A DNA stretch of 64,000 nucleotides from an uncultured Bacteroidales bacterium (lineage in GTDB: Bacteria; Bacteroidota; Bacteroidia; Bacteroidales; F082), in contig CAJOEP010000002.1 in the NCBI GenBank assembly GCA_905233445.1, positions 23,108 to 87,107 of the forward strand, given 5' to 3'. The translations under genes were made by a program, and so were the position numbers. Position 1 is the first letter of the stretch, and each line of letters opens with the position of its first letter. Of the stretch, positions 43,881-54,553 are shown one piece after another. Below the pieces are notes generated by a model that searched no databases, was not told the origin of the DNA, and worked only from the letters and a program-made list of their open reading frames with translations.

Positions 43881-44990
43881 TTAAACGAACAACTCCGCTG
43901 CAATGCCGTCGGCAAAAAGCATACCATTGTCATTTAGGATATATTTTTCACCTTTTAGATATATTTTTCCACTTAAAATATATCTTTTAATCTGTTTTTT
44001 AAACCTTTCGGTATATTTAGACCCAAAAGTCTCACGAATATAGTCGATGTCACAGCCCCACATTGTGCGAAGCGAGGTCATGACATATTCATTGTATCTA
44101 TCATCAAGCGTAAGTTCCTCTCTTTCAAAGGAATAGCTATCACAATAATCCTTCACGCTCGCCACATTCCACTGCCGAGAGACACCGTCAAACGAATGAG
44201 CCGACGGACCCAAACCCAGATATTTCTCGCCTTTCCAATAAATGGTGTTGTGCTTCGAATAATGTCCAGGCCGCGCGAAATTACTTATCTCATAATGCTC
44301 AAAGCCTTGATTTTCAGTCATTTCGACAAGAATTTGATACTGTCTTATCGTATCTTCCTCACTTACTGGAGCCACGACACCTTTATTAATACGTTGTCCA
44401 AGCACCGTTTTCTCCTCAACCGTCAACGCATACGCCGACAGATGATTGAAACCCGTCGAGAAGAATATCTCAAGATTTCTGCGCCATTTTTCATCCGTCA
44501 ACGTAGGAATGCCATAAATCAAATCCAACGTAACTTCTTGAAAACCAGCGTCTTTTGCCCAATCCAAGACCTGCAGAGCATGCTTAGAATCGTGTTTTCG
44601 GCTCAGATATTGCAAATCGTCGTCAAAAAAACTCTGAATGCCGATACTCAAGCGATTGATTCCCAATTTATTATACTCAAAAAGCGATTCTTTTGAAACG
44701 GTATCGGGATTGGCTTCAAGCGTTATTTCCGGTTTATCTATAATATTATAATTTTTCTGCAAAACATACAAAACATCAGCAATTTCTGATGGTTTCAGAA
44801 GACTCGGAGTGCCGCCGCCAAAATAAATCGTTTTTATTTCTTCGCCACCTAAATAATCCTTTCTCAACTCCGCCTCTTTCTTCAAAGACTCAAGAAAATC
44901 AACACGTTGCTTCTCCGAAACAACAGAGAAGAAGTTGCAGTATGCGCATTTCGACTTGCAAAACGGAATATGGATATATAATCCTGCCAT
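43881..44990 (-). CDS. hemW: Radical SAM family heme chaperone HemW (oxygen-independent coproporphyrinogen oxidase-like)
   Basis: MAGLYIHIPFCKSKCAYCNF (CxxxCxxC). ATG at 44990. Confidence 0.9.
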   Translation of the reverse strand: MAGLYIHIPFCKSKCAYCNFFSVVSEKQRVDFLESLKKEAELRKDYLGGEEIKTIYFGGGTPSLLKPSEIADVLYVLQKNYNIIDKPEITLEANPDTVSKESLFEYNKLGINRLSIGIQSFFDDDLQYLSRKHDSKHALQVLDWAKDAGFQEVTLDLIYGIPTLTDEKWRRNLEIFFSTGFNHLSAYALTVEEKTVLGQRINKGVVAPVSEEDTIRQYQILVEMTENQGFEHYEISNFARPGHYSKHNTIYWKGEKYLGLGPSAHSFDGVSRQWNVASVKDYCDSYSFEREELTLDDRYNEYVMTSLRTMWGCDIDYIRETFGSKYTERFKKQIKRYILSGKIYLKGEKYILNDNGMLFADGIAAELFV

Positions 44991-45110
44991 GGTTTGCAAA
45001 GATACTATTTTCTCTCGCAGATTACACAGATTATTATCATCATTTCATATTTTTTTATTTTTTTAAAATAAAATTCCTATTTTTGCAAGTTGATTTAAAG
45101 CATTCATATC

Positions 45111-45635
45111 ATGAAAAACGACAAACTTATTATCACCATCAACCGCGAATACGGCTCAGGCGGAAGAGACATCGCCTATAAGCTCGGAGCTCTGCTCGAC
45201 ATCAAGGTCTATGACAAAAACAAACTCGAAGAAATTGAGCAGGAATATGACATCGCCAACGAGCTACCCGACGACATTTACGCGCTTCAAAAGAAAATCT
45301 TACTGAACATCGCCGCCAACGAATCGTGCATCATCGTGGGACGCACAGGCTTCGAAATCTTCAAAAACCACCCGAATGTGGTGCGTATATTGCTCATCGC
45401 CGACTACGACGCACGCGTGAAACACGTCAGCGAAAAACACGGAATCACCAAGATTGCAGCCCGTAAACGCATCAAGGAAATCGACCGCGCACGCGAAGAA
45501 TACACCAAACGTTATGCCGGAGTGTCGCGCTACGACGCCCGCAACTACGACTTCGTGCTAAACGTCACCAACATACCGACATACCACGTGGCAGCATTCC
45601 TCGCTCAAAACATCAGAATGAAATTTTTCAAATAA
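45111..45635 (+). CDS. Cytidylate-kinase-like family protein (paralogue of 22672-23295)
   Basis: LIITINREYGSGGRDIA. The shared C-terminal motif SRYDARNYDFVLNVT compares with SRYDARNYNFVFDVT. Confidence 0.7.
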   Translation: MKNDKLIITINREYGSGGRDIAYKLGALLDIKVYDKNKLEEIEQEYDIANELPDDIYALQKKILLNIAANESCIIVGRTGFEIFKNHPNVVRILLIADYDARVKHVSEKHGITKIAARKRIKEIDRAREEYTKRYAGVSRYDARNYDFVLNVTNIPTYHVAAFLAQNIRMKFFK

Positions 45636-45676
45636 CCTTCTATCTTCAACAAGTCTGACAAGATAGTTTTTTATTG

Positions 45677-45729
45677 ACAGGATTTACAAGATTTATTGCA
45701 TTTTATCTTGTTAATCCTGTCATTTTTGT
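45677..45729 (+). terminator. 17-bp-stem hairpin plus T-run
   Basis: gacaggatttacaagat ... atcttgttaatcctgtc followed by attttt. Confidence 0.65.
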
Positions 45730-45812
45730 CTATAAAAAAAAGAAATCCCGTCAAAAATATTGTGATTTCACAAAAATTTTGTAATTTTGTAGCTTGATTA
45801 AATTGTATAATT

Positions 45813-46673
45813 ATGGCTACACGTTTACAACATCTGAAGAAATTTGCGGCTTTATTAGTCGCAGTCTTCGCTATCTCATTGAGCGTCAACGCCCAAACAT
45901 GGTACATAATGGGCGAATACATATGGAGTCCGCCGCATCCGCAAGGCACATTCACCGTATTTCATTATCAGGCTGAAGACGTCACCATCGACGATATGGA
46001 GTATCATACGGTATATGTCCAAGGCGAAGGAACTCTTCTCGGAGCCTATCGCAACGAGGAAAATCAGGTTTATTTCTGCAAATGGAACGGCTCATCATAC
46101 GACGATGAAGTGATGTTGTACGACTATGACCTCGAAGTCGGCGACTACTTCAACGATGATGACGAACATCCCATGCAAGTTACAGAAGTGTCAACAATCA
46201 CTGACATCCACGGTGTCTCAAGAAAGAAAATATCATTCGAATTCATAGGTCTAGAAGACGAGACAGAGTTTTGGATTGAAGGCGTGGGCAGCAGCAAAGG
46301 CTTTGTCAACAGCGGCAACTACACCCCGACAGAAGACGGCGCCATATTCCACCTTCTCTGCTACCACATTGACGATGACGTGGTTTTCGTCAACCCGGAA
46401 TACAACGACTGCGACCTTCCGTACAGCGTTGAGGAGAACGATGCGGACAATGGCATCAGCATCTATCCAAACCCGGCAAATGATATTGTTAACATATTGA
46501 ACGCCAATGGTTTAAATATAACCAACATCGAGATTATCGACCTGACAGGCCGCATCATTTTAAACACAGAAGACTACGATAACATCAACGTCACCGAAGT
46601 TCCTGAAGGCCAGTATTTCGTGAAGATTTACGGCAATTCGACAATAGTCAGAAAATTATTCATCAAAAAATAA
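45813..46673 (+). CDS. Secreted protein with T9SS C-terminal sorting domain
   Basis: Signal peptide ending SVNAQ. The C-terminus ISIYPNPANDIVNI...GQYFVKIYGNSTIVRKLFIKK is a Por-type CTD. Confidence 0.8.
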   Translation: MATRLQHLKKFAALLVAVFAISLSVNAQTWYIMGEYIWSPPHPQGTFTVFHYQAEDVTIDDMEYHTVYVQGEGTLLGAYRNEENQVYFCKWNGSSYDDEVMLYDYDLEVGDYFNDDDEHPMQVTEVSTITDIHGVSRKKISFEFIGLEDETEFWIEGVGSSKGFVNSGNYTPTEDGAIFHLLCYHIDDDVVFVNPEYNDCDLPYSVEENDADNGISIYPNPANDIVNILNANGLNITNIEIIDLTGRIILNTEDYDNINVTEVPEGQYFVKIYGNSTIVRKLFIKK

Positions 46674-46679
46674 ACTATC

Positions 46680-47387
46680 ATGCAGAAATTCTGGCGGGCT
46701 TTCACATCGTTCATCCTCTTCATAACGCTCATAATCTGTGTGTTTGAGATGTACAGGTGTGCCCAGTATATCATCACGTCGGTGCAAAACGGCACCTATC
46801 AAGGCTTCTTGTGGCTGGCAATCGGAATGCTCGGATTCGTGCTCGTCTCGGCAATATTTTTCAAGAAAAACCGCCATCTGGTCTATACCTTGACCCACGA
46901 AGGCGCCCATTTTCTCGTGGGAGCGCTGTTTTTACGCCGTAAAATCACCGAATTCAACGCAAAAGCCATCGAATATATCAAATCAGGCGAGAATCTCGGC
47001 GAGGTGTGGTCAATCGGAGGCAACAACGTGTTCATGTCGCTGGCTCCGTACATGCTGCCTTACATCACCTTTGTCTTCGTCTTCATCCGCCTGATGATTA
47101 AACCCGAATGTCTCCCTATCATCGACTTCATCATCGGTTTCACTCTCATGTTCCACGTCTTTTGCTGGAAAAGCTACATGGGATCGTATCAGGGCGACCT
47201 TAAAGTGTGCGGCTTGTTCCGCTCATACCTCTTCATCTGGACATTCATTTTCTTCAATTTCGCTATAATATTATACTCCGTGGGCGGCGGAACAATCGAC
47301 CCCGTCAACATCATCCAAGCCAACGTCCATTGGTTCACACAGGCCTGGAACGACATACTTTGGGTAATATCATTATTTGCAAAATAA
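46680..47387 (+). CDS. Membrane zincin-like protein (DUF3267/M50-like, HExxH)
   Basis: Polytopic protein with LTHEGAHFLVG. Confidence 0.6.
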   Translation: MQKFWRAFTSFILFITLIICVFEMYRCAQYIITSVQNGTYQGFLWLAIGMLGFVLVSAIFFKKNRHLVYTLTHEGAHFLVGALFLRRKITEFNAKAIEYIKSGENLGEVWSIGGNNVFMSLAPYMLPYITFVFVFIRLMIKPECLPIIDFIIGFTLMFHVFCWKSYMGSYQGDLKVCGLFRSYLFIWTFIFFNFAIILYSVGGGTIDPVNIIQANVHWFTQAWNDILWVISLFAK

Positions 47388-47399
47388 ATTTATAACAAT

Positions 47400-49061
47400 A
47401 TGAAAATTAAACACTTAGCTATGGCATTAGCACTCGCGGCAACTCTCGTGAGCTGCGGAGAAAAACAAGAACAAAAATCTTGCTGCAAAAAGAATTGCAA
47501 CGGTCACACCGAAAACTACGAGGCCCTCGCAAACCAATATGCCGAGGTAACCCTCACCACCGACATCAGCCATCTCTCAGAAAATGAGGTTCAGATGCTC
47601 GAATTGCTCTTCAAAGCAGGTAGAATCATGGACAACATTTATTGGACTGAGAATTTCAATGGCGATAAAGACGAGTTTTTGGATGGTATCGAAGACGAAA
47701 ACGCCCGCAAATATGCGAGAATCAACTACGGTCCATGGGATCAGCTCGACAACCGCCGCGTTTTCATCCCTGGTTATTGTCCGAAACCTGAAGGAGCAGG
47801 CTTTTACCCGACCGACATGACAAAAGAAGAATTCGAGGCATGGGAAAACGCTGACAAAACCAGCCAATACACACTCATCCGTCGCGACGAAGACGGCAAT
47901 CTACAGGCTGTTTGGTATCATGAGGCTTACGCTGACCAGATATTGAAGGCGGCAGAGTTGCTCAACCAGGCATCGACTCTCGCAGCTGACAAAGAGTTTG
48001 CCGAGTATCTGAAACTCAGAGCACAGGCTCTCCTTACCGACGATTATTACTATTCAGATATGGCATGGATGGATGTCCGCAACAACAATGTCGATTTCGT
48101 TGTTGGACCTATCGAGAACTACACCGACGGCCTCTTCGGCTACAAAGCCGCCCACGAGTCGTTCATCCTCATCAAAGACCAGGAATGGACAAAGAAACTG
48201 TCGCGCTATGTGGCATTATTACCTGAACTTCAGACAAAACTGCCTGTCGATCCAAAATACAAACAGGAAAAACCGGGCAGTGACGCCGACCTCGCGGCAT
48301 ACGACGTGGTATTCTACGGCGGTGACTGCAACATGGCATCGAAGACCATCGCCATCAACCTGCCTAACGACGAGAGAGTGCAACTGCAGAAAGGCACACG
48401 CAAACTCCAGCTCAAGAACGCTATGAGAGCCAAATTCGACAAAATCGTCGTCCCGATCTCGGAAGTGCTGGTATCTCCTGAAGCCCGCAAGAACGTGAAA
48501 TTCGACGCTTTCTTCTCCAACGTGATGTTCCACGAGGTGGCTCACGGTCTGGGCATCAAGAACACATTGGACGGACAAGGCACTGTGCGTCATGCACTTA
48601 AGGAACAATATTCAGCCATTGAAGAGGCGAAAGCCGACATCCTCGGTCTGTTCCTCGTCACCAAGCTCAGCGAGATGGGCGAATACACCACAACAACTCT
48701 GGAAGAAAACTACACCACCTTCATGGCTGGCATCTTCCGTTCGGTACGTTTCGGCGCAGCATCAGCACATGGCAAGGCTAACATGATAGAATTCAACTAC
48801 TTAGCCAACGAAGGCGCATTCACACGCGACGAAAACGGCTTATATGACATCGACTTCCCGAAGATGAAACTCGCAGTCGAGAAACTCGGCGGTGCCATCC
48901 TCACAGCACAAGGCAACGGTGACTATGAATTCGTGAAAAACTGGATCGCCACCGACGGTGTCATCAAGCCGGAACTCCAAGCTGACCTCGACAAGCTCGC
49001 AGGTTACGGCATCCCGAAAGATATCGTTTATAAAATGGGAATGGAATATTTGAAGAAGTAA
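47400..49061 (+). CDS. Lipoprotein, DPP3-like (M49-related) zinc hydrolase
   Basis: Lipobox LVSCG. Contains FHEVAHGLG followed by EEAKADILG. Confidence 0.65.
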   Translation: MKIKHLAMALALAATLVSCGEKQEQKSCCKKNCNGHTENYEALANQYAEVTLTTDISHLSENEVQMLELLFKAGRIMDNIYWTENFNGDKDEFLDGIEDENARKYARINYGPWDQLDNRRVFIPGYCPKPEGAGFYPTDMTKEEFEAWENADKTSQYTLIRRDEDGNLQAVWYHEAYADQILKAAELLNQASTLAADKEFAEYLKLRAQALLTDDYYYSDMAWMDVRNNNVDFVVGPIENYTDGLFGYKAAHESFILIKDQEWTKKLSRYVALLPELQTKLPVDPKYKQEKPGSDADLAAYDVVFYGGDCNMASKTIAINLPNDERVQLQKGTRKLQLKNAMRAKFDKIVVPISEVLVSPEARKNVKFDAFFSNVMFHEVAHGLGIKNTLDGQGTVRHALKEQYSAIEEAKADILGLFLVTKLSEMGEYTTTTLEENYTTFMAGIFRSVRFGAASAHGKANMIEFNYLANEGAFTRDENGLYDIDFPKMKLAVEKLGGAILTAQGNGDYEFVKNWIATDGVIKPELQADLDKLAGYGIPKDIVYKMGMEYLKK

Positions 49062-49207
49062 GATTCCTCACTCCGTTCGGAATGACAAGATAAAAGGTTT
49101 CAGATATGGCGCGGCATGACGAAACATACTAGTTAGTAAGCGACTACAAGCCGCGCCAAAATAAAAACAAAAAATGTTGTCATTCCGAGCACGAAGTGCG
49201 AGGAAAC
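49062..49207. mobile_element. MITE-like element with ~27-nt terminal inverted repeats (cggaatgaca family), long form
   Basis: gattcctcactccgttcggaatgacaa ... ttgtcattccgagcacgaagtgcgaggaaact. Inner stem tggcgcggc/gccgcgcca. A short form is at 61249-61308. Confidence 0.6.
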
Positions 49208-49246
49208 TCGAATAAAGACAAATTTTTAAAATCAAATTAAATAAAA

Positions 49247-51595
49247 ATGAAAAAATTATCAGTTTTCTTTGCCATCATCTTTGGTATGATGGGCATCGTG
49301 CGCGCTGACGAAGGCATGTGGTTGCCAATGTTCGTCGAGCGTTTGAACTACGTTGACATGCAGAAAATGGGTCTCCAGCTCACACCTGAAGAACTCTACA
49401 GCATCAACCACAGCAGCCTTAAGGACGCCATCGTCGGCCTCTCAAACGGCGCAAAACCACGCGGATTCTTCTGCACAGGCGAAATCGTGTCAGGCAACAG
49501 CTTGCTCTTCACCAACCACCACTGCGGCTACAGCTCAATAGCAGCCCTCTCGACAGTGGAGCACGACTACCTCAACGAAGGCTTCGCTGCCAAATCATTC
49601 GAAGAAGAGCTTCCGGCAGAAGGCGTCTCAGCATCATTCCTTGTGAGAATGGAAGACGTGACAGCCGAAATCCTTGGTGTCATTACTGACGACATGGATT
49701 ACATGGCAAGACAGAAAGCCATCAACACTAAGATCAAAGAGTTAGAGGACGCAGCATCGGAAGACGGCAAACTCAACCCAGTCATCAAAGGCTTCTTTGA
49801 GGGTAACGAGTATTACATGTTCGTCTATAAGACCTACACCGATGTCCGTCTCGTGTTCACAGCAGCACAGTCAATTGGCAAGTTCGGCGGCGACACCGAC
49901 AACTGGATGTGGCCTCGTCACACCGGCGACTTCAGCGTTTTCCGTGTATATGCTGACGAAAACGGCGAGCCTGCAGCTTATTCAGAGAACAACAAGCCTC
50001 TCACACCTAAATACAGCCTCACTATCAATATCGACGGCGTCCAGCCAGACGACTTCACCATGATTTGGGGCTTCCCAGGCTCAACAGAGCGTTACATGAC
50101 ATCATACGGCATCAACTACAATGTTGACAGCTTCTACCCGATAGTTTATGAGGTATTCAAAGCCAAGACCGACGTCATGGACAAATATATGAAGATTGAC
50201 AAGGCCGTCAACATCGCCTATGCAGACGAGAAGGCAGGTCTCGCCAACACTTGGAAAAACTTCGAAGGCCAGATGACAATGCTCCGCAAGAACAAAGTCG
50301 CCGAACGCAAGGCCGAACTCGAAGACAGCTTCATGGATTGGGTGAAATTCGGCAGCGCCAACGCCATGATTAATGTGAAAAACGAACAGGACTATCAGGC
50401 TTGGCTCGAGATGACCAAGAAACGTCAGGCAGAATACAGCGATGTTCTCGACAGCACAAAAGACTTGTTCCAAGAACTCAGCGAAGTGGCAAAAGCTTTA
50501 TTCTATCCTAACTTTACAGCACAGCTTAACCAGTTCGACAGAATCTCAACCTTTGACGAATACATGAATGCCGTCAACAATTACAAGGCTCTCACAACCA
50601 AAGAGAACGGCAAGCCAATGAAAGCCAAAGATATTGAGAAGGACTCTGTCGCTATGGCAGCAAAAGCAGCCCTCGACACAGCCACAGCAAACCTCAAGAA
50701 CATCGACATCGACATACTGTTCAAAGACCTCGACGACCGCGTTGAAGGCGAGATGCTCGTCGAAGTGTTGAAGATTTACAGAAGCCACTTCACAGCAGAT
50801 GAACTTCCTGAGACATTACAGCAACTCGACGCTCAGTACAACGGCGATTTCGCAGCATTGGCAAACGACATCATCGAGAATTCAATCTTCGCCACAGCCG
50901 AGTCAATGAAGGCTTTCGTCGAGAATCCTGATCCGGATACCATCGAAAACGACATCGCTGTCATCACTCAGGGTGGCCTCATCGAGCACATCTACACAGC
51001 AGCTCCAGTATATAGAAAAGCCATGATTGGCATCAGCCAGAACGACCATCTCTTTGTGAAAGGTCTTCGCGAGTTCTACGCTGAGACACAGCCTGGCAAG
51101 CACCTCTATCCTGATGCAAACTCAACAATGAGAATGAGTTACGGCTCAGTGAAAGACTACCAGCCTGCCGACGCTATCTCTTACGACTACGTCTGCACCG
51201 CCAACGGTATCCTCGAGAAATACATCCCTGGCGATTTCGAGTTCGACGCTCCACAGCGCCTCCTCGACCTCATCGAGGCAAGAGACTTCGGCCAGTATGC
51301 CGACAAAAACGGCGAGCTTATCACCTGCTTCTTGTCAACCAACGACATCACAGGTGGTAACTCAGGCAGCCCAATCATGAACGGCAAGGGCGAACTCATC
51401 GGCCTGGCATTCGACGGCAACTGGGAAGCAATGAGCGGCGACGTCAACTTCGAGCCTAGACTCCAGCGCACCATCAACGTCGACATCCGCTACGTGCTCT
51501 TCATCATCGACAAGGTTTATGGCGCAACCAACCTCATCGACGAGCTCGACATCCACAAGGCAATGCCGGAGCCGATTCGCGTGGAACAGGAATAA
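49247..51595 (+). CDS. S46-family dipeptidyl-peptidase (DPP7/DPP11-like)
   Basis: Signal peptide then ADEGMWLP, catalytic FTNHHCGY, and GGNSGSP. Confidence 0.9.
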   Translation: MKKLSVFFAIIFGMMGIVRADEGMWLPMFVERLNYVDMQKMGLQLTPEELYSINHSSLKDAIVGLSNGAKPRGFFCTGEIVSGNSLLFTNHHCGYSSIAALSTVEHDYLNEGFAAKSFEEELPAEGVSASFLVRMEDVTAEILGVITDDMDYMARQKAINTKIKELEDAASEDGKLNPVIKGFFEGNEYYMFVYKTYTDVRLVFTAAQSIGKFGGDTDNWMWPRHTGDFSVFRVYADENGEPAAYSENNKPLTPKYSLTINIDGVQPDDFTMIWGFPGSTERYMTSYGINYNVDSFYPIVYEVFKAKTDVMDKYMKIDKAVNIAYADEKAGLANTWKNFEGQMTMLRKNKVAERKAELEDSFMDWVKFGSANAMINVKNEQDYQAWLEMTKKRQAEYSDVLDSTKDLFQELSEVAKALFYPNFTAQLNQFDRISTFDEYMNAVNNYKALTTKENGKPMKAKDIEKDSVAMAAKAALDTATANLKNIDIDILFKDLDDRVEGEMLVEVLKIYRSHFTADELPETLQQLDAQYNGDFAALANDIIENSIFATAESMKAFVENPDPDTIENDIAVITQGGLIEHIYTAAPVYRKAMIGISQNDHLFVKGLREFYAETQPGKHLYPDANSTMRMSYGSVKDYQPADAISYDYVCTANGILEKYIPGDFEFDAPQRLLDLIEARDFGQYADKNGELITCFLSTNDITGGNSGSPIMNGKGELIGLAFDGNWEAMSGDVNFEPRLQRTINVDIRYVLFIIDKVYGATNLIDELDIHKAMPEPIRVEQE

Positions 51596-51602
51596 TCCCG
51601 TA

Positions 51603-51625
51603 GGGGATAAGGCATGCCTTATCCC
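51603..51625. repeat. GGCATGCC-core palindromic hairpin (family copy 2)
   Basis: ggggataaggcatgccttatccc lies directly after the S46 peptidase stop. Confidence 0.8.
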
Positions 51626-51645
51626 AACAGGATGAAAAAGAATAA

Positions 51646-51716
51646 TGGCGGCACCCTTAAGGGCTTTAATGGCATTAATGGCTTTAAAGCCCTTAAGGGT
51701 GCCGCCACTATTTTTT
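51646..51716 (+). terminator. 24-bp perfect-stem hairpin plus T-run
   Basis: tggcggcacccttaagggctttaa - 14-nt loop - ttaaagcccttaagggtgccgcca, then ctatttttt. Confidence 0.8.
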
Positions 51717-51776
51717 ATTCAAAATTTTGTGAAATCATAAAAAATTCTTATTTTTGCATGATTAATAATTGCTATC

Positions 51777-54059
51777 ATGAAAAAACTCCTTACCATTATC
51801 CTGATTTTTACAGCTTTATTCGCTACAGCACAAAACAAAATTGGCGAAAACATCGATGTGACAAATTACGAGATTCATCTCAATAATATCGATTTTACGA
51901 ATCATACATTACAGGCTCAGACTACCGTCACGCTGACGGCAATAAATGCGACCAGCACCATCGAATTGGAACTTAAGACATTGACAGTCAGCGCAGTGAC
52001 AGCTACAGGTGCAAACGTCAGCAGTTTCGCGCAAAACGGCGACGTGCTCACAATAAACCTCGCATCAGCATTGGCGGCAAACGCAAGCGCCTCGTTCACA
52101 ATAACCTACGGCGGCAACACCTTCAACGAGAGCTGGGGCGGCATCATGTGGAGCAACGGCTATGTCTGCAACATGGGCGTGGGCTTCGAGTCTATACCGC
52201 ACAACCTCGGCAAATGCTGGTTCCCGTGCGTCGACAACTTCACCGACAAGGCAACATACGACGTCTATGTCACCGTGCCTAACGAGCTTACCGCAGTGTG
52301 CGGCGGCAACCTCGAGAGTATCATCGACAACGGCGACGGCAACAAGACCGTGCATTACAACGTGCCTCAGGAGATTGCGACATACCACATCTCGTTTGTG
52401 GCAGGCGATTATGTGGAATGGACCGACACCTACAACGGCATCGAGCGCGACATCCCGATTACAGTGTATGTCAAACCGAGCCAAATCAACAACGTGCCAG
52501 GGACTTTCGTACATGTGAAAGACATCGCCAACTTCTATGAAAACAGCTTCGGACCTTATCCTTTCAACCGCATCGGCTATGCAATCACCAGCGTGGGATG
52601 CATGGAACATATAGATAACATCGGCATTACCAGCGGCGTGCTGACAGGCAACACCACACAAGAGGAATATGTCGCGCATGAGCTTTCGCATATGTATTTC
52701 GGCAACAAGGTGACATGCGATAAAGGCGAGGAAATGTGGCTCAACGAAGGATTCGCACAGTTCTGCGGAATGTTTTACCGTTCAGCTGTCTATGGAGAAA
52801 ACGATTTTCAGCAGGTTATGAGTGCCAAAATCAACAACATCGCCTCATGGTGCAAGAACGAAAACAACTGGATACCGCTTAACAACATCCCGCAAACCAT
52901 GACATACGACTCCCAAGCCGTTTACAACCGTGGCGCTGTCATCGTCAACACCTTGATGAATTACTTGGGAAGAGATACGTTTTTGTCGGCATTGCGCAGC
53001 TACCTCAACACCTACGCCTACAGTGCCGTTTCATCAGAACAGCTGCGCGACGCCCTCACAGCAGCAACTGGTATCGACATGAACGGATTCTTCGATACAT
53101 ATGTCTTTACCGCGGGCATGCCACACTATGATGTTGACATTCTTAACGTTACGCCAAACGGAAACCAATATAACACTAACCTGAGAATGACTTACAAGCA
53201 TTACGGTCCGGAGCATATCGGCCAAAACAATCGTGTGGATGTCACATTTTTTGACAACCAAGGCCAGATGCAAACCGTAATGGTCAACTGGGACGGCCAG
53301 GAAGCTAACCAAATGGTGACACTCGATATCAATCCTGTAGCAGCTTTCATCGACTACGACAACCACATCCTCGATGCCAAAGCCGACAAAAACCTCACTG
53401 CCACAGGCAATACAAACATCACTGTTGACCAGTTCAAAGCTGTCGTCAACAATGTCAGCGACTCGGTGATGATGCGTGTCGAATCACATTTTATCGGACC
53501 CGACAACGACCCCGGAATTCCGGCACTCAACATGTCCACAAAACACTATTGGAACTTCATGCGCATGGATTTTGGAGATGCCAATGTCTCTGGTGACATA
53601 GCTTACTCCAGAAATTTCGATTCTGACATCATCCAGACAGAAAACGACTCGGCAGTGCTGCTTTACCGCGCCAACATCAACGAGGCATGGCACATAATAC
53701 CATACACACAACAAGGCAACTGGAAAGTTGGAATCTTCACTGTTGACGATATTCAGTCAGGCCAATACACTATTGGAGTTATCGACAAGACACAACTTGG
53801 TGTGAGCGAAAACACTATCGACACAAAACAGATGATTGTCGCCCCGAATCCAACTGAAAACTTTGTAAAAATCAACACAAAGGTGGAAAACGCCGAATTA
53901 TTGATTATCAACAGTTTAGGACAAACCGTTTATTCTTCTACAATCTCTGGGAACAAAATAATTCTGTATGTAGCCGATTACCCAGCTGGAATTTATTACA
54001 TAAATCTGTTTGACAATAAGAAAAATATCATTTCGACAGAAAAATTGGTCAAGAGATAA
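51777..54059 (+). CDS. M1-family aminopeptidase with T9SS C-terminal sorting domain
   Basis: HELSHMYFGN...WLNEGFA (HExxH-x18-E). Signal peptide present. C-terminal Por CTD (VAPNPTENFVKI...YYINLF). Confidence 0.9.
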   Translation: MKKLLTIILIFTALFATAQNKIGENIDVTNYEIHLNNIDFTNHTLQAQTTVTLTAINATSTIELELKTLTVSAVTATGANVSSFAQNGDVLTINLASALAANASASFTITYGGNTFNESWGGIMWSNGYVCNMGVGFESIPHNLGKCWFPCVDNFTDKATYDVYVTVPNELTAVCGGNLESIIDNGDGNKTVHYNVPQEIATYHISFVAGDYVEWTDTYNGIERDIPITVYVKPSQINNVPGTFVHVKDIANFYENSFGPYPFNRIGYAITSVGCMEHIDNIGITSGVLTGNTTQEEYVAHELSHMYFGNKVTCDKGEEMWLNEGFAQFCGMFYRSAVYGENDFQQVMSAKINNIASWCKNENNWIPLNNIPQTMTYDSQAVYNRGAVIVNTLMNYLGRDTFLSALRSYLNTYAYSAVSSEQLRDALTAATGIDMNGFFDTYVFTAGMPHYDVDILNVTPNGNQYNTNLRMTYKHYGPEHIGQNNRVDVTFFDNQGQMQTVMVNWDGQEANQMVTLDINPVAAFIDYDNHILDAKADKNLTATGNTNITVDQFKAVVNNVSDSVMMRVESHFIGPDNDPGIPALNMSTKHYWNFMRMDFGDANVSGDIAYSRNFDSDIIQTENDSAVLLYRANINEAWHIIPYTQQGNWKVGIFTVDDIQSGQYTIGVIDKTQLGVSENTIDTKQMIVAPNPTENFVKINTKVENAELLIINSLGQTVYSSTISGNKIILYVADYPAGIYYINLFDNKKNIISTEKLVKR

Positions 54060-54121
54060 GATTTTTTCGTAATTTTGCATCGAATTCGAGTTTAATTTTA
54101 ATAATAAATAACGTTATTTTT

Positions 54122-54538
54122 ATGAATCCAACCCATATTGAACACATTGGAATTGCTGTCGTAAGCTTAGACGAGTCGATTCCGGTTTTCGAGAAAATGC
54201 TCGGAACAAAATGCTACGCTATCGAAGAGGTTAAAGATCAGAAGGTTAAGACCGCTTTCTTCAAGGTCGGTCAGACCAAGATCGAGCTTCTCGAGCCAAC
54301 ATCACCTGAGAGCACTATCGCCGCTTTCATCGAGAAAAACAACGGCAAGGGCGGTATGCACCACATCGCATTCGCAGTGGAAGGCATTGAGAATCAGTTA
54401 GCTGATGCCAAAGCAAACGGTTTCCGTCTCATCGACGAGACTCCACGCGGCGGTGCTGAGGGCTTGACAATCGCTTTCTTACACCCGAAATCAACAGCCG
54501 GTGTCCTCACAGAACTTTGCGAAAATAAAAACAAATAA
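54122..54538 (+). CDS. mce: Methylmalonyl-CoA epimerase (VOC fold)
   Basis: IEHIGIAV...ELLEP...GGMHHIAF. Sits directly upstream of the carboxyltransferase. Confidence 0.85.
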   Translation: MNPTHIEHIGIAVVSLDESIPVFEKMLGTKCYAIEEVKDQKVKTAFFKVGQTKIELLEPTSPESTIAAFIEKNNGKGGMHHIAFAVEGIENQLADAKANGFRLIDETPRGGAEGLTIAFLHPKSTAGVLTELCENKNK

Positions 54539-54553
54539 TAAAAATCATTGAAA

